Of a DNA stretch of 64,000 nt, positions 55,340 to 64,000 are shown piece by piece (within the stretch, counting starts at the first letter, position 1; every line of letters starts with the position of its first letter). A model generated the notes under the pieces. It worked only from the letters and a program-made list of their open reading frames with translations, did no database searches and was not told the origin of the DNA. The stretch covers positions 28,570,388-28,634,387 of the forward strand of contig NC_092670.1 in the NCBI RefSeq assembly GCF_964355755.1, given 5' to 3'. Origin of the DNA: Antedon mediterranea (Eukaryota; Animalia; Echinodermata). Made by a program: the position numbers and the translations under genes.

Positions 55340-55511
55340 AAAAGTACTACTTCTCCCTACCATCCACAAACCGAGGAATTAGTGGAAAGCTTTAATGGCA
55401 CCCTTAAGTGTATGGTTTGTTCAGGATGATCCCCGGGAATGGAATAAATTGCTTCCGTACCTATTATTTGCTTATAGGGAGATACCGCAGGAGTCTACTG
55501 GGTTCTCCCCA
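55340..55511 (+). pseudogene. Ty3/Gypsy integrase core fragment
   Basis: TSPYHPQTEELVESFNGTLK, then a frameshift, then FVQDDPREWNKLLPYLLFAYREIPQESTGFSP; these are classic rve-domain motifs. Confidence 0.9.
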
Positions 55512-55514
55512 CAT

Positions 55515-56577
55515 GATACGTCCACCTAGGGATAGTATGACTGATAACCACATCATGGAGGAAATAAAGTTTATCAGTTTTTATATGAGAAAACAAATTT
55601 GTTATCCTTACTCTGTAGAGATAGTCAACTGAAGGCAAACAGACACAAGTGATTCTGCTAACTTTTCTAATCAGACGATCTATTAATTCTTTGTCTTTGT
55701 TAAAAGCAATTTCTCCCCATCCCGTTAAGCAATAACTCCAAACCCCACAAACAACTGACGTATAAAAGATATTGATGGTTTTGTTACTCACATTAAAAGC
55801 ATTTACATACGAGTATTTAATTTCTTACTAATATATTCTAAATATTCAGAAAAATTTAATCTATCTCTACATGATTACCATCAATAATGAATGAATAATA
55901 TCAGTAGATGCCCTAAATTTATTACGAAAATCTATTACCATTTCTTTGGTCTTAGAATAGCAGTATTAAGTTTAAGATGGTTTTTATTACAAAAACCTTA
56001 CAAACCGGTCAATTTCAGCTTTATAATAACCATAGTTGTCATGTTTGACCCAGGATGGCTGTGTCATCAGCTAATTTGATAACAGGACAATCTGGGTGAT
56101 CGGACTTAAAGTCTGAAGTGAACACAGTGAATAGGAAAGGGGCTAAAACTGTGCCCTGTGGGGAACCTGTGTTACTAAACAATAATTTCATATTTAACTT
56201 CGCTGTTCAGTTTAATATATTGATATCTATGTGTCAACAAAATTAAGTACAAGGCCATTCAACTTATTAGGTACGTTGGCATTTATCAAATTATTTGTCA
56301 ACAGATGAAGGCCGATGATAGATCAAAATACATTATTCTGACACTGTGTTGGTGTTTGTACCCTCTAAATGAGAATAATGTATAACGTTCGTGTAATATT
56401 GATCCATTGCGATTGATTATTGCGATTAAAATCATCATTTATTATAATATAAGCATCAGCGTATTTGGCTTCAATATCTAAGATAACATCATTTATTTCA
56501 CAAAGGACCTCTTTTCCAAGATTAGTGTGCGGAATGTAGATGGAAATGTTCATAATAACTGAAAATTCGCATGGAAA
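55515..56577 (-). pseudogene. Internally deleted non-LTR retrotransposon ORF2 (APE endonuclease + RT + C-terminus; Rex1/L2-like)
   Basis: FPCEFSVIMNISIYIP...ADAYIIINDDFN (EN, ~56577-56420), NTGSPQGTVLAPFLFTVFTSD...IKLADDTAILG (RT, ~56175-56048) and KTINIFYTSVVCGVWSYCLTGWG...IDRLIRKVSRIT (C-terminus). Confidence 0.88.
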
Positions 56578-56875
56578 AACTACTGTAATAAAGCATGACG
56601 TACACCCAGTTAGACAAAAAGCTTATCCAATTCATCAGGCTAAGTTAGGCAAAGTAAAAGAAGAGTCGCACTGTCCAAAACGGGACGGTACAGCTCGCTT
56701 TAACATGAATTACAAAAAAATGCATATCCAATGCCACGGATAAATGAAATAATAGGCAGGGTTGGTACTACTAAATTTATAACGAAATTAGATTGATGTA
56801 GAAGGTTCCTAACTGAACGGTCAAAACCATATACAGCTTTTTCAACACCAATGGTTTTGTAACAATTTAAGTGTT
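56573..56875 (+). pseudogene. Ty3/Gypsy reverse transcriptase N-terminal fragment
   Basis: GKTTVIKHDV.PVRQKAYPI...VKEE, PKRDGTARF, AYPMPRINEIIGRVGTTKFITKLD and SKPYTAFSTP, across several frames with small deletions. Confidence 0.85.
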
Positions 56876-56901
56876 AGGCCAAGAGTCTGGACATACCCTA
56901 A

Positions 56902-58050
56902 ATAACCACAGTACATATGTTGTTTAAATCAGTTCAACAATTCTGATTAAACCATGACACATGTTTTGTTTAAATCAGGTCAGCAATTACTGATTAAACT
57001 ATGACACATGTTTTGTTTAAATCAACTAAGCAACTAATGTCTAAAAAACCACACATGATTTGTTTAAACATGGAGTAAATATAACTCTATGGTTTAAATC
57101 AGTTCAACAATTACTGATTAAACCAGGACACATGTTTTGTTTAAATCAACTAAGCAAACTGATTAAACCACCACACATGTTTTGTTTAAATCAGGTCAAC
57201 AATTACTGATTAAACCATGACATATGTTTTGTTTAAATCAGGTCAACAATTACTTATCCATGACACATGTTTTGTTTAAATCAACTAAGCAACTAATGTC
57301 TAAAAAACCACACATGTTTTGTTTAAACATGGAGTAAATATAACTCTATGGTTTAAATCAGTTCAACAATTACTGATTAAACCAGGACACATGTTTTGTT
57401 TAAATCAACTAAGCAAACTGATTAAACCACCACACATGTTTTGTTTAAATCAGGTCAACAATTACTGATTAAACCATGACATATGTTTTGTTTAAATCAG
57501 GTCAACAATTACTTATCCATGACACATGTTTTGTTTAAATCAACTAAGCAACTAATGTCTAAAAAACCACACATGTTTTGTTTAAACATGGAGTAAATAT
57601 AACTCCATGGTTTAAATCAGTTCAACAATTACTGATTAAACCATGACACATGTTTTGTTTAAATCAACTAAGCAAACTGATTAAACCACAACACATGTTT
57701 TGTTTAAATCAGGTCAACAATTAATGATTAAACCATGACATATGTTTTGTTTAAATCAGGTCAACAATTACTGATTAAACCATGACACATGTTTTGTTTA
57801 AATCAGTTCAACACTTACTTATTAAACCATGACACATGTTTTGTTTAAATCAACTAAGCAACTAATGTCTAAAAAACCACACATGTTTTGTTTAAACATG
57901 GAGTAAATATAACTCCATGGTTTAAATCAGTTCAACAATTACTGATTAAATCATGACACATGTTTTGTTTAAATCAACTAAGCAACTAATGTCTAAAAAA
58001 CCACACACGTTTTGTTTAAACATGGAGTAAATATAACTCCATGGTTTAAA
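56902..58050. repeat. ~47-bp tandem repeat with 259-bp higher-order unit
   Basis: Unit AACCATGACACATGTTTTGTTTAAATCAGGTCAACAATTACTGATTA. Marker CATGGAGTAAATATAACTC at 57069, 57328, 57587, 57897 and 58021. Degenerate units also lie at ~55215-55313. Confidence 0.95.
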
Positions 58051-58054
58051 TGGT

Positions 58055-58573
58055 GATTTGTTTATGAAAAGTAAAAAACAAAAAGTAATACTACTAAAAC
58101 ATGGGGGAATTATAAATAGTATTCTTAAAGGCAAAAGTCAGACTGTTCATGAAATTATTCCAGATAAACTTAAAGAATCATTAAATGATGTTAATATTGA
58201 ATGTAATTCCAATGAACAAAAAACCGACTTGTTTAATGATTATTTTGTAAATATCGGCAGAAATTAGCAAGCAAGATTGATTGTTCTCAAAAAAGTTCCA
58301 ATGATTATTTGAAAAATTCAATTAGTTCCTCTTTTATTTTGGAAACCTGTTTTAGAATTTAAAGAATTATTAAGAAATATAGATATAAAAAAGTCCACTT
58401 GACATAACCAGTTATCTGCTAGATTAATTAAGGATTCATCTATTGTTATTGCAAAGCCATTAACATATATTATTAACTTATAACTTGTCACAGGTGTTTT
58501 TCATGATGACTTGAAGGTGGCACAAGTGACTCCAATTTTTAAAAAGGGTTATAAGGATATCCTTGGAAATTAT
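58055..58573 (+). pseudogene. CR1-like LINE ORF2 fragment (pre-RT/RT N-terminus)
   Basis: IINSILKG...LFNDYFVNIG, then IDIKKST*HNQLSARLIKDSSIVIAKPLTYIINL*LVTGVFHDDLKVAQVTPIFKKGYKDILGNY, with stops and frameshifts. Confidence 0.88.
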
Positions 58574-61500
58574 CTAAACTGTTACTGACTACATTTTGAC
58601 TATACAGTCCATTGATTATTCTACTATGTATTTGCAGTTTAAATTCTCTAAACTGTTACTGAATAATCAACTGTCTTTTGACTAGACAATTCACTTATTA
58701 TTCTACTATGTATTTGTAGTTTAAATTCTCTAAACTGTTACTGGCTAATCAACTACTTTTGACTAGACAATTCACTGATTATTCTACTATGTATTTGCAG
58801 TTTAAATTATCTAAACTGTTACTGAATAATCAACTGTCTTTTGACTAAACAATTCACTGATTATTCTACTATGTATTTACAGTTTAAATTCTCTAAACTG
58901 TTACTGAATAATCAACTGTCTTTTGACTAAACAATTCACTGATTATTCTACTATGTATTTACAGTTTAAATTCTCTAAACTGTTACTGAATAATCAACTA
59001 CATTTTGACTAGACAATTCACTGATTATTCTACTATGTATTTGGATTTTAAATTCTCTAAACTGTTACTGAATAATCAACTGTCTTTTGACTAAACAATT
59101 CACTGATTATTCTACTATGTATTTGCAGTTTAAATTCTCTAAACTGTTACTGAATAATCAACTGTCTTTTGACTAGACAATTCACTTATTATTCTACTAT
59201 GTATTTGCAGTTTAAATTCTCTAAACTGTTACTGACTAATCAACTACTTTTGACTAGACAATTCACTGATTATTCTACTATGTATTTGCAGTTTAAATTA
59301 TCTAAACTGTTACTGAATAATCAACTGTCTTTTGACTAAACAATTCACTGATTATTCTACTATTTATTTACAGTTTAAATTCTCTAAACTGTTACTGAAT
59401 AATCAACTGTCTTTTGACTAAACAATTCACTGATTATTCTACTATGTATTTACAGTTTAAATTCTCTAAACTGTTACTGAATAATCAACTACATTTTGAC
59501 TAGACAATTCACTGATTATTCTACTATGTATTTGGATTTTAAATTCTCTAAACTGTTACTGAATAATCAACTGTCTTTTGACTAAACAATTCACTGATTA
59601 TTCTACTATGTATTTGCAGTTTAAATTCTCTAAACTGTTACTGAATAATCAACTGTCTTTTGACTAAACAATTCACTGATTATTCTACTATGTATTTGCA
59701 GTTTAAATTATCTAAACTGTTACTGACTAATCAACTACTTTTGACTAGACAATTCACTGATTATTCTACTATGTATTTGCAGTTTAAATTCTCTAAACTG
59801 TTACTGACTAATCAACTACATTTCGACTAGACAATTCACTGATTATTCTACTATGTATTTGCAGTTTAAATTCTCTAAACTGTTACTGAATAATAAACGG
59901 TCTTCTGAATAATAAACGGTCTTTTGACTAAACAATTCACTGATTATTCTACTATGTATTTACAGTTTAAATTCTCTAAACTGTTACTGAATAATCAACT
60001 GTCTTTTGACTAGACAATTCACTGATTATTCTACTATGTATTTGCAGTTTAAATTATCTAAACTGTTACTGACTAATCAACTACATTTTGACTAGACAAT
60101 TCACTGATTATTCTACTATGTATTTGCAGTTTAAATTATCTAAACTGTTACTGAATAATCAACTGTCTTTTGACTAGACAATTCACTGATTATTCTATGT
60201 GTTTGCAGTTTAAATTCTCTAAACTGTTACTGAATAATCAACTGTCTTTTGACTAAAAAATTCACTGATTATTCTACTATGTATTTGCAGTTTAAATTCT
60301 CTAAACTGTTACTGAATAATCAACTGTCTTTTGACTAAAAAATTCACTGATTATTCTACTATGTATTTGCAGTTTAAATTCTCTAAACTGTTACTGAATA
60401 ATCAACTGTCTTTTGACTAAAAAATTCACTGATTATTCTACTATGTATTTGCAGTTTAAATTCTCTAAACTGTTACTGAATAATCATCTGTATTTTGACT
60501 AGACAATTCATTGATTATTGTACTATTTACACACAGTTTAAATTATCTAAACTGTTACTGACTAATCAACTACTTTTGACTAGACAATTCACTGATTATT
60601 CTACTATGTATTTGCAGTTTAAATTATCTAAACTGTTACTGACTAATCAACTACTTTTGACTAGACAATTCACTTATTATTCTACTATGTATTTGCAGTT
60701 TAAATTCTCTAAACTGTTACTGATTAATCAACTACATTTCGACTAGACAATTCACTGATTATTCTACTATGTATTTGCAGTTTAAATTATCTAAACTGTT
60801 ACTGACTAATCAACTACATTTTGACTAGACAATTCACTGATTATTCTACTATGTATTTGCAGTTTAAATTCTCTAAACTGTTACTGACTAATCAACTACA
60901 TTTTGACTAAACAATTCACTGATTATTCTAATATGTATTTGCAGTTTAAATTCTCTAAACTGTTAAGTGTTACTGAATAATCAACTGTCTTTTGACTAAA
61001 AAATTCACTGATTATTCTACTATGTATTTGCAGTTTAAATTCTCTAAACTGTTACTGAATAATAAACGGTCTTTTGACTAGACAATTCATTGATTATTGT
61101 ACTATTTAGACACAGTTTAAATTCTCTAAACTGTTACTGACTAATCAACTGCCTTTTGACTAGACAATTCACTGATTATTCTACTATGTATTTGCAGTTT
61201 AAATTATCTAAACTGTTACTGAATAATAAACGGTCTTTTGACTAGACAATTCACTGATTATTCTACTATTTACACACAGTTTAAATTCCCTAAACTGTTA
61301 CTGACTAATCAACTGTATTTTGACTAAACAATTCACTGATTATTCTACTATGTATTTGCAGTTTAAATTCTATAAACTGTTACTGAATAATAAACGGTCT
61401 TTTGACTAAACAATTCACTGATTATTCTACTATGTATTTACAGTTTAAATTCTCTAAACTGTTACTGAATAATCAACTGTCTTTTGACTAAACAATTCAC

Positions 61501-62830
61501 TGATTATTCTACTATGTATTTGCAGTTTAAATTCTATAAACTGTTACTGAATAATAAACGGTCTTTTGACTAAACAATTCACTGATTATTCTACTATGTA
61601 TTTACAGTTTAAATTCTCTAAACTGTTACTGAATAATCAACTGTCTTTTGACTAGACAATTCACTGATTATTCTACTATGTATTTGCAGTTTAAATTATC
61701 TAAACTGTTACTGACTAATCAACTACTTTTGACTAGACAATTCACTTATTATTCTACTATTTACACACAGTTTAAATTATCTAAACTGTTACTGACTAAT
61801 CAACTACATTTTGACTAAACAATTCACTGATTATTCTACTATGTATTTACAGTTTAAATTCTCTAAACTGTTACTGAATAATCAACTGTCTTTTGACTAG
61901 ACAATTCACTGATTATTCTACTATGTATTTGCAGTTTAAATTATCTAAACTGTTACTGACTAATCAACTACATTTTGACTAGACAATTCACTGATTATTC
62001 TACTATGTATTTGCAGTTTAAATTATCTAAACTGTTACTGAATAATCAACTGTCTTTTGACTAGACAATTCACTGATTATTCTATGTGTTTGCAGTTTAA
62101 ATTCTCTAAACTGTTACTGAATAATCAACTGTCTTTTGACTAAAAAATTCACTGATTATTCTACTATGTATTTGCAGTTTAAATTCTCTAAACTGTTACT
62201 GAATAATCAACTGTCTTTTGACTAAAAAATTCACTGATTATTCTACTATGTATTTGCAGTTTAAATTCTCTAAACTGTTACTGAATTATCAACTGTCTTT
62301 TGACTAAAAAATTCACTGATTATTCTACTATGTATTTGCAGTTTAAATTCTCTAAACTGTTACTGAATAATCAACTGTATTTTGACTAGACAATTCATTG
62401 ATTATTGTACTATTTACACACAGTTTAAATTATCTAAACTGTTACTGACTAATCAACTACTTTTGACTAGACAATTCACTGATTATTCTACTATGTATTT
62501 GCAGTTTAAATTATCTAAACTGTTACTGACTAATCAACTACTTTTGACTAGACAATTCACTTATTATTCTACTATGTATTTGCAGTTTAAATTCTCTAAA
62601 CTGTTACTGATTAATCAACTACATTTCGACTAGACAATTCACTGATTATTCTACTATGTATTTGCAGTTTAAATTATCTAAACTGTTACTGACTAATCAA
62701 CTACATTTTGACTAGACAATTCACTGATTATTCTACTATGTATTTGCAGTTTAAATTATCTAAACTGTTACTGACTAATCAACTACATTTTGACTAGACA
62801 ATTCACTGATTATTCTACTATGTATTTGCA
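58574..62830. repeat. ~82-bp tandem repeat (~52 copies)
   Basis: Unit CTACTATGTATTTGCAGTTTAAATTCTCTAAACTGTTACTGAATAATCAACTGTCTTTTGACTAGACAATTCACTGATTATT, with CTACTATG at 58621, 58703 and 58784. Confidence 0.97.
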
Positions 62831-62917
62831 AATCTTCATAGTTCTATAGAAAACTTGCAATGCTTTTAAATAATTTCTTGCTACTGCATGCCACTGAAAT
62901 TAAAAACATAAACCTAC

Positions 62918-63004
62918 CTTTGGATGGATCCTCCTCATTTTGTCATATAACTGTTGAAATTCATAGTAATGGAGAACTGGATTTTTGTTATCGACTTCTC
63001 TTGC
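62918..63004 (-). CDS. Candidate 87-bp internal exon of a host gene (PX-domain-like helix)
   Basis: Strong acceptor TTTTTTTTGTAG and donor AAG|GTAGGT. Open in only one frame: AREVDNKNPVLHYYEFQQLYDKMRRIHPK. Confidence 0.45.
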
Positions 63005-63542
63005 CTACAAAAAAAAATAAAAATTGTATTTAATAATGTGATGGTGATTATTACAATTAAATAGATAATACATAAACATTAAACATACTGTTCTTTTTGG
63101 CACATGACCCTCTTCTATTTGTCTGCCAAACAATTTAAATACAGCGTCCATAACGTCTTGGTTGTCGAATTTCGACTTTGGGCCATGTTTGCTTAGAGGA
63201 TGGCTTACAGACTAGTTATATTGAAAGTAGAAAAATAATAAAGTCAAATTAATAGGTGAAATAAGTTTTACAGAAAATGTACTTTAAGTATTTCAAATGA
63301 GAATTGTATTGATGTTTTAGATAACAATAATAATGACAATAATACCAGGAGTAATTAAAGTGCTTGTAAGATTATCTGGTGGATGATGTTAATATGAAAT
63401 TGTATGCCACATATGGATTTGATTATGGGTGATTAGCATAGATTAAATTAAAATAAAATAAACACATTCTATAAACTCAGTACTACACAAAACTAAAAAT
63501 GCATGCAGTTATTTGGTGGTTGATGTTAAAATAAAAGTGTAT

Positions 63543-63605
63543 GCCACATCAGGATTTCAACCCGAGACAAGAGTGTCGATGCTCTACCAGCTGAGCTATG
63601 ATAGC
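63543..63605 (-). pseudogene. tRNA-derived sequence, copy with 7-bp deletion
   Basis: Same as 63725-63794 but lacks CTTCGAC (plus strand) and has a B-box change. Confidence 0.7.
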
Positions 63606-63724
63606 ATCCTATAAAAGAAATAGATTTTAGTGATTAGCATGGATTAACACATTCTATAAACCACTAAACAAACAAAAAACGTGCATGCAGTTATCTGGTG
63701 GATGATGTTAATATGAAAGTGTAT

Positions 63725-63794
63725 GCCACATCAGGATTTGAACCCGAGACCTTCGACAAGAGTGCCGATGCTCTACCAGCTGAGCTATGATAGC
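63725..63794 (-). pseudogene. tRNA pseudogene / tRNA-derived SINE head
   Basis: GCTATCATAGCTCAGCTGGTAGAGCATCGGCACTCTTGTCGAAGGTCTCGGGTTCAAATCCTGATGTGGC. It has an A box, a B box, and pairing D and T arms, but a 6-nt anticodon loop and an imperfect acceptor stem. Confidence 0.78.
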
Positions 63795-64000
63795 ATTCTA
63801 TAAAAGAAATAGATTTTAGTGATTAGCATGGATTAACACATTCTATAAACTACTAAACAAATAAACATGCATGCAGTTATCTGGTGGATGATGTTAATAT
63901 GAAAGTGTATGCCACATCAGGATTTGAATCTGAGTGATTAGCATAGATTAAATTAAAGTAAAATAAACACACAAACACATTCTATAAACTACTAAAAAAA

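Larger units (their letters stand above)
55317..56898. mobile_element. PIF/Harbinger-type TIR element carrying retroelement fragments (Pack-type)
   Basis: TIR GGGTATGTTCAGACTCTTG / CAAGAGTCTGGACATACCC (18/19 match) and TAA TSD (55314-16, 56899-901). Inserted near the edge of the 47-bp repeat array. Confidence 0.85.
63370..64000. repeat. ~185-bp tandem repeat (~4 units) containing a tRNA-derived segment
   Basis: GCATGCAGTTAT at 63501, 63683 and 63869. TATGCCACAT occurs in all four units; the outer units have lost most of the tRNA-like part. Confidence 0.85.

Noticed and set aside
60495-62633. Two identical 83-aa ORFs
   Set aside because: They arise from the 82-bp satellite and its 1887-bp duplication.
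63725-63794. Functional tRNA gene call
   Set aside because: The anticodon loop is only 6 nt and the acceptor stem is defective, so no isotype can be assigned.

Overview
AT-rich, repeat-dominated eukaryotic window, probably invertebrate and echinoderm-like (inferred only from repeat style). No intact long ORF is present. About 40 kb is a ~20-bp GCTGATCTAT(CT)nC satellite (1-30842 and 38888-48030) with kb-scale higher-order duplications. It is split by an 8-kb CAC...GTG DNA element (30843-38887) whose asymmetric ends resemble V(D)J recombination signal sequences (heptamer-12 bp-ACAAAAAGT and heptamer-21 bp-ACATTAAGT). That element holds a nest: an EnSpm-like element, containing a MULE-like element, containing a Harbinger-like MITE. 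The right part has a decayed spliced transposase-like gene, three candidate host exons (PX-domain-like), a Tigger/pogo-like MITE and a Harbinger-type TIR element packed with condensed Gypsy integrase, LINE EN/RT and Gypsy RT fragments. It also has a CR1-like fragment, 47-bp and 82-bp satellites, and a tandem repeat carrying a tRNA-derived unit. All family assignments come from reading termini, TSDs and motifs by eye; no database search was run.
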